Origin: a virus
Virus record (IMG/VR): IMGVR_UViG_3300042468_000945
Location: 1-64,000 of that record
Reading direction: 5' to 3' (one strand)
Length of the DNA stretch: 64,000 nucleotides
Shown: piece after piece, positions 1-8,262 of the stretch
Position numbering within the stretch: the stretch's first letter is position 1
Layout of the letters: each line of letters begins with the position of its first letter
The notes under the pieces: model-generated
The model's database searches: none
The model's input: the letters and a program-made list of their open reading frames with translations, nothing else
What the model was told of the DNA's origin: nothing
Translations under genes and position numbers: made by a program

Positions 1-138
1 AACGGTCCATTTGTTATATCTAATCAAGGAAAGAATTTAAGAATTGTTTCTTCAAGACTAATCAATAAAATGAAAAATTATGGAGGATTCCCTAAAAATT
101 ATAGTTTTTATTCCTCTTATGAACCTAATTTAAAATGA
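1..138 (+). CDS. partial hypothetical protein (C-terminal end, runs off the left edge)
   Basis: Frame +1 is open from base 1 to TGA at 136-138, which overlaps the next ATG (ATGA). Confidence 0.55.
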   Translation, partial: NGPFVISNQGKNLRIVSSRLINKMKNYGGFPKNYSFYSSYEPNLK

Positions 139-362
139 TTTGTAAATCATGTTATAAGGCAAGTGTAGACACTTTTGTTGTTATAGTATACTCTGGTAAA
201 GAAGTATATAAAACAACATCAAAGTTAAAAGCATTAGACTATTATAATGCTAATAAAAGCCTTTTTCTTGATTTTGATTTTATTATTATAGAAGTTATAG
301 ATGAATGTCCAAGATGTAAAAAACGAACAACCAAACAACGGGAACCACACTCAACAAACTGA
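135..362 (+). CDS. small hypothetical protein with two CxxC pairs
   Basis: 75-aa ORF with CKSC and CPRC; ATGA-coupled to the upstream ORF. Confidence 0.55.
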   Translation: MICKSCYKASVDTFVVIVYSGKEVYKTTSKLKALDYYNANKSLFLDFDFIIIEVIDECPRCKKRTTKQREPHSTN

Positions 363-792
363 TTTTATAGACCTAAATAGTCTCTTAGATGATTATATTG
401 AATGGGCTAGTATTTCCTATTCATATGAAGGTATTTCTTATGCTCATATTACTTTAGCTAGATTAAATTATCTAAAAAAACTTGAGAACAAAAGAGAAGA
501 TTTAGCGTTATATAGTATACTGTGGGATATTTCTTTATGGATTCATGGGTACTGCTATTTAGAGCATCCAAAAGAAACCTTTTTTGAATTACTTAAAGAC
601 TCTGGTGTTCAAGAAGTAACTGAATCAGAAATTGCTTGTTTCTACGTATTTGATGATATGCTTCATAAAGGAGAAGCACAAAAATATATAAATACAGCAA
701 TTGATTCAATTAACTTTGCACCAATAGCTAAGAATAAATTTAAAAAAGTCCTCTTTAGTATAGTAAATTATAATGGCAAAAGTAAAGTTTGA
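301..792 (+). CDS. hypothetical protein
   Basis: 163-aa ORF, co-directional with and overlapping the polA start. Confidence 0.7.
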   Translation: MNVQDVKNEQPNNGNHTQQTDFIDLNSLLDDYIEWASISYSYEGISYAHITLARLNYLKKLENKREDLALYSILWDISLWIHGYCYLEHPKETFFELLKDSGVQEVTESEIACFYVFDDMLHKGEAQKYINTAIDSINFAPIAKNKFKKVLFSIVNYNGKSKV

Positions 793-2956
793 AGGTATTA
801 GAGAAAGTAATAAATCTGAGAAGAAACCATACGCGGCTGGAATTAGTAGAGACTTAGATGGTAAGTTTATTGGTAAGTATGTTTACTTAGAAGGTGAACA
901 AGACCAGGAAAAATTATATAAATTACTAGACTCATTTTTAAAAACTTATGAGTCTAATAAAAACTTTTATTTAACATGTGACTTAGAAACTCAGAGTTTG
1001 GATTATATTAATAATCAAATTCTTTTAATATCTGTTAGTTGGAATGGCTCTAATGCTGTAGTTTGGTCTCCTTACTTCTTATGGGGTAAGAAGGATAGTA
1101 CTGGAAGTGATGCTTCTTACTTTAAGTGGTTAGAAGTTCTTGAAACCATTCCTATTAACAATCAAGCTACAAAGTTTGATGCTAAGTTTTTACTTGCTAA
1201 GTATGGTAAGAGAATTAATATTGGTTTTGATACTTTAACAGCTTGTCAATTAGGTTGGGCAGGTACTTGGCCAGGTAAGTTATTTAACTTAGGTAACATA
1301 TCTAAAAATTTATTACCGTATAACTTAGATAAAGAACTACAAACATCGTTTGTAGGTCAACCTGTTGAACAAGAGTTTACAAATGAGCAAATAAGTTATG
1401 CTGCTGTTGACACAATGGCAGTACATAAACTCCCAGAAATAATCCAGAAAAGATTTAAGAATACTGGATTAGATTGGGTTTGGGAACATGAAGATTTACC
1501 TATGTTAAACTCTCTTCTTAAGAGTGAGTTTAGAGGTATATACATGGATACTCCTTTACTTGAATCTATTAGAGAAGAACAGCTAAATAAGATTCATTCT
1601 ATAAATACTGAACTTCAAGATATTTTTGATAATTTGGATCCAGCAATTAAACCGAAAGAAGTAAAAAATGGGTTATTTAATGCAAACAGTCCCAAACAAA
1701 AAGTTGCTTTTTTAAATGCTGTTGGTATTAAAGTTAAAGGTACTGGAGTTGAGGTATTAGAAGAAGTTAGAGTCAACTATCCTCACAGAGTAATTGACTT
1801 ATTTATAGAACATGCTAATATCTATACAAGATATATTAAAACTATAAATAAGATGTTGGATGAGGAAATTAATCCAACTACTAATTGCTTCCATACTAAC
1901 TACTTTCCAAACGGAGCAGCATCTACTGGGCGTTTGAGCAGTAGCCCCAATAGTCAAAATAAGCCGCCACAAGTTCGAAATGCGTTCATTGCTAGGCCTG
2001 GTTATAGTCTAATTACTGCTGACTATTCTCAGTTTGAATTTAGAGCATGTGCTGGTTTAGTTCAAGAAGAATACTTATTAAGTGTTTTTGTTGAGAGAGC
2101 CAAAGTTATTGATGAAGCAAGATCAATAAGTTTAAAATATGGGTATATTGATCCAGATGCTTGTGTTAAAGATCTTAACAAAGGTAAGATACAAGTTGCA
2201 CCTGGTGATAAAGAATTCTTAATTCATTTTGGAACACTAGACATTCATAAAATGAATGCTGCTCTGATCTTTAATAAAAATGTTAAAGATGTTACTGATG
2301 AAGAAAGAAAGATTTCTAAGCAATTAGGTTATGCATTACTTTATGGGTCTGGAGAAGGTACAATCTTACAACAACTATTGGGAGAAGGTATTACTCACAT
2401 TAGTTTAAGAGAAGTTGGAGAACACAAAAAAACATTCTATAAAGAACTTCCTAAAGTTGAGAACTTTATTAAGAGTGTTCATGAGTCTGTTACTAGACCT
2501 GGTTATGTAGTTAATACATTAGGTAGAAAGAGATGGTTTGCTTTACCTCCTAAGTATAAAACCTCTATGTATGAAAAAGCTCTTGCAGACGCAAGAAGAG
2601 AAGCAGTAAACTGGCATTTCCAATCTAGTAATGCTGATGCTTTGAAACTTGCTATTCCTTTAATGGATGAAGTATTTGAAGAAAGATTTGATATGGAATT
2701 TTCTTTAAACTTTATAAAAGAACATCCAATTGAATTTCCAACTAAGCACGATGAAAACTACTTTAATATATTTGGACTTGCTCCTGTAGTTCTTTTAAAC
2801 GTTCATGACGAAGTTTGCGTAGAAGCAAAAGATGAAATAGTTGAAGATACAACAAAGATAGTTATAGATACATTGGTAGAATCTGGTAGTAGAGCAATTA
2901 ACCATACTTGCCCTATAGAATGTTCTCTCGTAGTAGGACCTTGCTGGTCTAAATAG
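773..2956 (+). CDS. polA: family A DNA polymerase with 3'-5' exonuclease, no 5'-3' exonuclease
   Basis: Exo motifs DLET, KFDAKFL and YAAVDT; TGRLSS; motif A ADYSQFEFR; motif B KQLGYALLYG; TLGRKR; motif C NVHDEV. Confidence 0.97.
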   Translation: MAKVKFEGIRESNKSEKKPYAAGISRDLDGKFIGKYVYLEGEQDQEKLYKLLDSFLKTYESNKNFYLTCDLETQSLDYINNQILLISVSWNGSNAVVWSPYFLWGKKDSTGSDASYFKWLEVLETIPINNQATKFDAKFLLAKYGKRINIGFDTLTACQLGWAGTWPGKLFNLGNISKNLLPYNLDKELQTSFVGQPVEQEFTNEQISYAAVDTMAVHKLPEIIQKRFKNTGLDWVWEHEDLPMLNSLLKSEFRGIYMDTPLLESIREEQLNKIHSINTELQDIFDNLDPAIKPKEVKNGLFNANSPKQKVAFLNAVGIKVKGTGVEVLEEVRVNYPHRVIDLFIEHANIYTRYIKTINKMLDEEINPTTNCFHTNYFPNGAASTGRLSSSPNSQNKPPQVRNAFIARPGYSLITADYSQFEFRACAGLVQEEYLLSVFVERAKVIDEARSISLKYGYIDPDACVKDLNKGKIQVAPGDKEFLIHFGTLDIHKMNAALIFNKNVKDVTDEERKISKQLGYALLYGSGEGTILQQLLGEGITHISLREVGEHKKTFYKELPKVENFIKSVHESVTRPGYVVNTLGRKRWFALPPKYKTSMYEKALADARREAVNWHFQSSNADALKLAIPLMDEVFEERFDMEFSLNFIKEHPIEFPTKHDENYFNIFGLAPVVLLNVHDEVCVEAKDEIVEDTTKIVIDTLVESGSRAINHTCPIECSLVVGPCWSK

Positions 2957-2968
2957 CATAAAAATTAT

Positions 2969-4108
2969 ATGTCAAGTGAATTAAATAACATTATAGGTAA
3001 GATTAATAAAAAGTTTCTGAAGGGATCACCTCACAGTAAACCTATTATTGTAAGAGGTGAAGATGTAAAAGAACACCTAAAACCAAAATTTCAAACTACT
3101 GGTATTCATGAGCTAGATACAGCATTAGGTGGTGGCATACCTCATGGTGCTATTACTACTTTGTTTGGTGATCCAGGTGGTGGTAAGTCTTCTGCTGCAC
3201 TAATGCTTGTAAAAGAAGTTCAAGCAAGAGGTGGTACTGCTGTTTGGGTAAATGCAGAACCTCCATTCCCATATCTAGTTGCTACTATGATTGGAGTAGA
3301 TTTAGATAATCTAATCCTTATTGACTGTAGGGATTATGGTGAGCAAATCCTTGACGTTATTAGGGAACTACTTTTTGATAGTGATAATAGGATTACTAGG
3401 CAAATTGTTGATCTGGTTGTTGTTGACTCACTTAATGGTTTGATTCCTAAAGCTCAGGTTAATAGTACTGAAGAAAAAGGTTCTGAAGGTCATACAATGG
3501 GTCGTAGAGCAGCTATGCTTTCTAAGTGGCTAGAAGAGCTTTCTGGACGTGGTATGCTTAGAGAGGGTTGTATACTACTCAACGTTGCACAAATGCGTGT
3601 AGACATCAATGCTTACGGTGCGCCTAAGAAAATGAGTGGTGGTATGGCTGTAGAGTTCTTTTCAAAAGTTGCTATTAAGATGCTTAAGAAAAGAACAGAT
3701 GGAGTTGATAGAGATAAAGGCCATACTGTAGAATGTGAAGTAACTAAGAATAATATTCTAGGTAGGCTAGGTAATTTTAGTTACGATGTACTGTATGGTA
3801 GCGGAGTTAATGATTCTGAAAAGGTTATTGCTCAAGCTATGGAACTTGGTATTGTTAAAAAGATTAAAGGTAAACTACATGAAATTACCGTACAAGAAGA
3901 AACAATAACCGTAGAAGATGGTATTGCTGCTGTAAGATCTTTAATTAAGTCTGATCTTAATGTAAAGAATAAGATTAAAGAACAGATTGAACATCTTCAA
4001 AAAGCACAACCAGAAGAAGAAAAAGATTTATTAGACATAGCTGAAATTCCTATTTCAGAAGATCTATTAAAAGAAGAAGTTAATACTTCAAACGTCGGAG
4101 AAAAATAA
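2969..4108 (+). CDS. recA: RecA/UvsX-type recombinase
   Basis: LDTALGGGIPHG, Walker A GDPGGGKS, Walker B LVVVDS, GRRAAML, AQMR...GGMAVEFFS. Confidence 0.96.
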   Translation: MSSELNNIIGKINKKFLKGSPHSKPIIVRGEDVKEHLKPKFQTTGIHELDTALGGGIPHGAITTLFGDPGGGKSSAALMLVKEVQARGGTAVWVNAEPPFPYLVATMIGVDLDNLILIDCRDYGEQILDVIRELLFDSDNRITRQIVDLVVVDSLNGLIPKAQVNSTEEKGSEGHTMGRRAAMLSKWLEELSGRGMLREGCILLNVAQMRVDINAYGAPKKMSGGMAVEFFSKVAIKMLKKRTDGVDRDKGHTVECEVTKNNILGRLGNFSYDVLYGSGVNDSEKVIAQAMELGIVKKIKGKLHEITVQEETITVEDGIAAVRSLIKSDLNVKNKIKEQIEHLQKAQPEEEKDLLDIAEIPISEDLLKEEVNTSNVGEK

Positions 4109-4113
4109 TATAA

Positions 4114-4521
4114 ATGATACAAGCAACTGTAATTGGTAGATTAACAAGAGACCCTGAAACAAAGACTGTAGGTAATAGTACAGTTACAAAGTTTTCAGTG
4201 GCTTCAAATAACTACACAAAAGGTGATGGAGAAAGTTCTGCAACTTATGTCACATGTAATTTGTGGGGTAAGAGAGGAGAAGCAGTTCAAAACAACTTCT
4301 CTAAAGGTGATGGAATCATTGTGTTTGGAACTTTAGAAGTTAGAACATATGATGCTGGTGATGGTAAAGGAATTAAGACTAGTTTAGACTGTAATGTTAC
4401 AGAGTTTCAATTCCCTCAAGGTAAAGTAGCTGCTGACAGTGTAACATTAGTTGGTGCTGCTGCTAAAGCAAAACCAGCTTCTGCTGCTACTATTGATGAC
4501 TATGATCCATTTGCTGATTAA
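4114..4521 (+). CDS. ssb: single-stranded DNA-binding protein
   Basis: IGRLTRDPE, FSVA, CNLWGKRGE, KGDGIIVFGTL; acidic aromatic tail DDYDPFAD. Confidence 0.95.
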   Translation: MIQATVIGRLTRDPETKTVGNSTVTKFSVASNNYTKGDGESSATYVTCNLWGKRGEAVQNNFSKGDGIIVFGTLEVRTYDAGDGKGIKTSLDCNVTEFQFPQGKVAADSVTLVGAAAKAKPASAATIDDYDPFAD

Positions 4522-4937
4522 TGACTAATATAGGAAAGGTTATTGAGATACGAACTCCTGTTGTAGGAACAACTTATATAAAACAAGGTTACGAGTTTTG
4601 TTTAAGCCTACAAAAAGGAGATATTGTGGAACTTGTTCCTGACCCAAAAAATCAATATGACGAAGACGCTATTAAGGTCTTTGTTAAAGATACTCAAATA
4701 GGATTCATTCCTAACCAAGGCTTAACTTGTGGACATTGTTGGCATGCTGTAAGTACACAGACTTTTATGTGCAATAATTGTTCAGAATCAGATAATATAG
4801 TTTCTAAGGGTTTAGCCACTCGAATAATCAAACAAGGCCTGTTAACTAAGAATTACGGTGCCATTGTTGATGTAATAAAATCTTCTTCAAAAACTGCTCC
4901 AGTTATTATAAAACTGGTAGTTGTTCCTGAAAACTAA
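4521..4937 (+). CDS. HIRAN-domain protein with C-terminal zinc ribbon
   Basis: VVG...LVPDPKNQYDEDAIKV...IGFIP is the HIRAN signature; it is followed by CGHC-x9-CNNC. Confidence 0.85.
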   Translation: MTNIGKVIEIRTPVVGTTYIKQGYEFCLSLQKGDIVELVPDPKNQYDEDAIKVFVKDTQIGFIPNQGLTCGHCWHAVSTQTFMCNNCSESDNIVSKGLATRIIKQGLLTKNYGAIVDVIKSSSKTAPVIIKLVVVPEN

Positions 4938-4952
4938 ACTTCTCTATATGTC

Positions 4953-5002
4953 TTACAAATTACATATGGTACAAACTTTATCGTACCATATGTAGTTTGT
5001 AA
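4953..5002 (+). promoter_or_regulatory. 20-bp stem-loop directly upstream of nrdA
   Basis: TTACAAATTACATATGGTAC / 10-nt loop / GTACCATATGTAGTTTGTAA; one G-U wobble. Confidence 0.7.
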
Positions 5003-7281
5003 TGAGAGATTTATTTATGTCAACGAAAAGTATAAGAGTAATAAAAAGAGACAATACATTACAAGAATTTGATATTGAAAAGATTAATAATATCTTAAAA
5101 TGGGCTACAGATAACGTAGATAACGTTAGCCTTTCCGATATTGTTATTAACGCGCAAATTAGTATTTCAGATAAAACTAAAACTTCTGATGTTCATGAAA
5201 TTTTAATTAAGGCAGCATTAAATTGCTTCTCTGAAGAGTATCCTAATTATCAGTATGTAGCTTCAAGGTTACTGAATTTTAGTTTAAGAAAGAACGTATG
5301 GGGTGGTACAGAACCACCTAAATTTTTTGATCATATTTCAAAATTAGTTAATCTAAATTTGTATGATAAGAGAATACTAGAAGAGTATACTGAGGAAGAA
5401 ATTAGAGAGCTTGAGGGTTATATTGAACATGATAGGGACTTTATTTTTACTTATGCTGGTATTAAGCAATTAGTAGATAAGTATCTAGTTCAAGATAGAG
5501 AGTCAAAGGAAATTTTTGAAACACCACAATTTGCATATATGTTAATTGCAATGGTGGGTTTTTCTAAGTATCCGAAAGAAACTAGATTAGTATTTGTTAA
5601 GAACATGTATGATCTTTTTTCTCAGCATAAGGTTAACTTACCTACACCACAAATGGCAGGTATTAGAACACCTCTTAGATCTTATGCCTCCTGTATGTTA
5701 ATTCAAACTGATGATACTAAGGAAAGTATTTTTGCTACAAATACAGCTATTGGATTAGCTACTTGTGCTAGATATGGTATTGGTTTAGATATTGGAAGAA
5801 TTAGAGCTATTGGTTCATCAGTAAAGAATGGCGCACTGCTTCATACAGGAGTTATTCCTTATTTAAAGATGTACCAAGCAACTGCAAAGTCTTGCCAGCA
5901 AAATGGTTTAAGAGGCGGAGGAGCAACTGTTTATTTCCCTTGGTGGCATTTAGAATCGGAAGATATGTTATCATTAAAGAATAATGGTGGCACTGAGGAT
6001 AATAGAGTTCGTTCTTTAGACTATGGTATTTGTGTAGATTCTTTATTTTATGGTAGATTCTTAAAGGGTGAGGATATTACTTTATTCTCTCCTCAAGAAG
6101 TACCAGACTTATATGAAGCTTTTGGAACTCCAAAGTTTGATGAGATCTATTTAAAGTATGAAAGTAATCCTAAACTTACTAAGTATAAGAAAACTATTTC
6201 AGCTGCTTCATTATTTACACACATAATGAAAGAGCGTGTTGAAACTGGAAGGATTTATATTTTCCATATTGATCATGCTAATTCTCATGGTGCTTGGGCA
6301 GATACAGTTACTCAAAGTAATCTATGTATTGAAATTTTCACTCCTACAGTGCCTTTAAAATCTTTAGAAGACCCAGAAGGTTTGATTGGTATTTGTACTT
6401 TAAGTGCAATAAACCCATTCTTAATTAAGAATGATAGAGAACATGAACATGCTTGTTACATGACTGTTGCTTTCTTAGATGAAGTTCTTGATTTACAAGA
6501 TTACTTCTTACCAGCTGCTAGTAGATTTGCTCAAGATTATAGAAGCTTAGGTATTGGTGTAACTAACTGGGCAGCATATATGGCTAAGAATGGGGTTAAG
6601 TTTACTGATGAAGAAGCACCAAACTTTGCTGCTGCTTTCCATGAAAAACAACAATACTTCTTACTTAAAGCATCAAACAAATTAGCTGAACTGAAAGGAC
6701 CTTGTGCTGCATTTAGTACAAGTAAGTATTCAAAGGGTATTTTACCTATTGATACTTATAAGAAAACTATTGATAGTGTTATAACTCAACCTTTACAAAT
6801 GGATTGGGAAAAGCTTAGAAAGGATATAGCTGAGTTTGGACTTAGAAATTGTACTCTTTCTGCACAAATGCCAGTGGAATCATCTTCAGTTATAACTAAT
6901 AGTACTAATGGTATTGAACCACCAAGAGAATTATTAAGCTATAAGAAATCTAAAGCTGGTACCATTCCTATCTTAGTTCCTAGTTATGCTAAGTTAAAGA
7001 AGAACTATCAAACAGCTTTTGATATTAAGAATAACAAAGCTATTCTAAACATTGTTGCTGCTCAAGTTAAGTTTCTGGATATGGGAGTATCTACTAATCT
7101 TTATTATAATTATAGAGATTATCCAAATGGATTACTTCCAGATAAGGAACTAATTGGCGACACACTGTATGCATACAAGATGGGTATTCCATCATTGTAT
7201 TATTTAAACACTTCTTCAGAAAGTTCTTTTGGTTACGCTGAAGAAGAAAGTAACTGCGCTGGCGGAGCTTGTACGCTCTGA
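5002..7281 (+). CDS. nrdA: ribonucleotide reductase class Ia alpha subunit with ATP cone (likely start ATG 5017)
   Basis: N-terminal VIKRD ATP cone, TPQMAG, SCML, QSNLCIEI, CTLSAIN, SSSVITNSTNGIEP, C-terminal CAGGAC. Confidence 0.97.
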   Translation: MRDLFMSTKSIRVIKRDNTLQEFDIEKINNILKWATDNVDNVSLSDIVINAQISISDKTKTSDVHEILIKAALNCFSEEYPNYQYVASRLLNFSLRKNVWGGTEPPKFFDHISKLVNLNLYDKRILEEYTEEEIRELEGYIEHDRDFIFTYAGIKQLVDKYLVQDRESKEIFETPQFAYMLIAMVGFSKYPKETRLVFVKNMYDLFSQHKVNLPTPQMAGIRTPLRSYASCMLIQTDDTKESIFATNTAIGLATCARYGIGLDIGRIRAIGSSVKNGALLHTGVIPYLKMYQATAKSCQQNGLRGGGATVYFPWWHLESEDMLSLKNNGGTEDNRVRSLDYGICVDSLFYGRFLKGEDITLFSPQEVPDLYEAFGTPKFDEIYLKYESNPKLTKYKKTISAASLFTHIMKERVETGRIYIFHIDHANSHGAWADTVTQSNLCIEIFTPTVPLKSLEDPEGLIGICTLSAINPFLIKNDREHEHACYMTVAFLDEVLDLQDYFLPAASRFAQDYRSLGIGVTNWAAYMAKNGVKFTDEEAPNFAAAFHEKQQYFLLKASNKLAELKGPCAAFSTSKYSKGILPIDTYKKTIDSVITQPLQMDWEKLRKDIAEFGLRNCTLSAQMPVESSSVITNSTNGIEPPRELLSYKKSKAGTIPILVPSYAKLKKNYQTAFDIKNNKAILNIVAAQVKFLDMGVSTNLYYNYRDYPNGLLPDKELIGDTLYAYKMGIPSLYYLNTSSESSFGYAEEESNCAGGACTL

Positions 7282-7302
7282 TTTAATAAAACAAAATAAT
7301 AA

Positions 7303-7890
7303 ATGACAAAAACTAAATACATACGAAATATAAATCAACTAATCAAAAATACTAAAGAAGAAGATATTCGTAATGGTTTAGAGTGGTATGATAATGCTTA
7401 CTCTTTCTGCACTGAAATTGCAAACAAATATAATAAAGATTCTAAGGTTGTGGCAGCTGTTTTAGCTGTCACTTCCCCACAACAAGCTTGGGAAAGAAAT
7501 AAGCAAATAACTGATGAGATGTTTGCTGTTAACTATTCTAGGTTCTTATCTCAATCAACAATAAATCAATGTAAGCAAATACTTGAGGGTCAAGATATAC
7601 ATACTGTATCAAAAGGATTAAAGGTACTAAATTTCTATGAGTCTATTATAGGAAATAAAGATGTTGTTTGTGTAGATACTCATGTAATTAATCTAGTCAA
7701 TAGGGGCATCGCTAGTCCTGAATTTAAAACTAAGATATGGTCTAGTAAAGCAAGGTATAATCTAATTGTTGATAGCTATAAACACGTAGCAAAGAAGATT
7801 GGGTATTCACCAAGAGACTTACAGGCAATTACTTGGACAAGTTGGAAAACATTACTTGATTCTAATATAGCATTAAAACCTTTAAAATAA
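7303..7890 (+). CDS. conserved phage protein, HhH-glycosylase-like (DUF7178-like)
   Basis: GLEWY, AVTSPQQAWERN, KVLNFY, VCVDTH and QAITW match a widespread phage family as I recall it; VDTH resembles the EndoIII catalytic segment. Confidence 0.6.
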   Translation: MTKTKYIRNINQLIKNTKEEDIRNGLEWYDNAYSFCTEIANKYNKDSKVVAAVLAVTSPQQAWERNKQITDEMFAVNYSRFLSQSTINQCKQILEGQDIHTVSKGLKVLNFYESIIGNKDVVCVDTHVINLVNRGIASPEFKTKIWSSKARYNLIVDSYKHVAKKIGYSPRDLQAITWTSWKTLLDSNIALKPLK

Positions 7891-7899
7891 TGAAACTTA

Positions 7900-8070
7900 A
7901 TGAAATTTGAATATTGGGATATTAACTTTAATCAGTACTCTTACAAAATAGGTTTTCCCCACCATAATTTTGTGGTTCAATTTTTGTATGATAGTGAAGT
8001 AAATTTTAAATATTATAGTTCATCAGCTTGGGGATGTACTTTTAGCAAAGAAACAAATATTTTAAACTAA
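7900..8070 (+). CDS. small hypothetical protein, 56 aa (below the ORF track cutoff)
   Basis: ATG 7900 to TAA 8070 (MKFEYWDINF...) fills the gap between neighbours. Confidence 0.55.
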   Translation: MKFEYWDINFNQYSYKIGFPHHNFVVQFLYDSEVNFKYYSSSAWGCTFSKETNILN

Positions 8071-8076
8071 CTCAAA

Positions 8077-8262
8077 ATGAAATCTAGTTTTACTAAAGGC
8101 AAAATATACTTATACTCTGAAAATTACTTGTGTAATTTATCTATTCTTTACGTAGAAGGATATATTCGAATTCACTTTTCTGATTGGGTTGCTCAATCTC
8201 TTTGTTATTATTATAACATTAACACCGATATTCTAGACTTAAATTACAATGAAATTAATTGA
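8077..8262 (+). CDS. small hypothetical protein
   Basis: 61-aa co-directional ORF overlapping the rIIA start. Confidence 0.55.
   Translation: MKSSFTKGKIYLYSENYLCNLSILYVEGYIRIHFSDWVAQSLCYYYNINTDILDLNYNEIN

Noticed and set aside
2954-2971. polA ends in TAG in frame with the recA ATG 12 nt later, suggesting TAG readthrough or a recoded genome
   Set aside because: PolA ends at its natural terminus (CWSK), NrdA ends naturally at TGA, and no conserved gene is broken by internal stops. The standard code fits, and in-frame spacing has a 1-in-3 chance.
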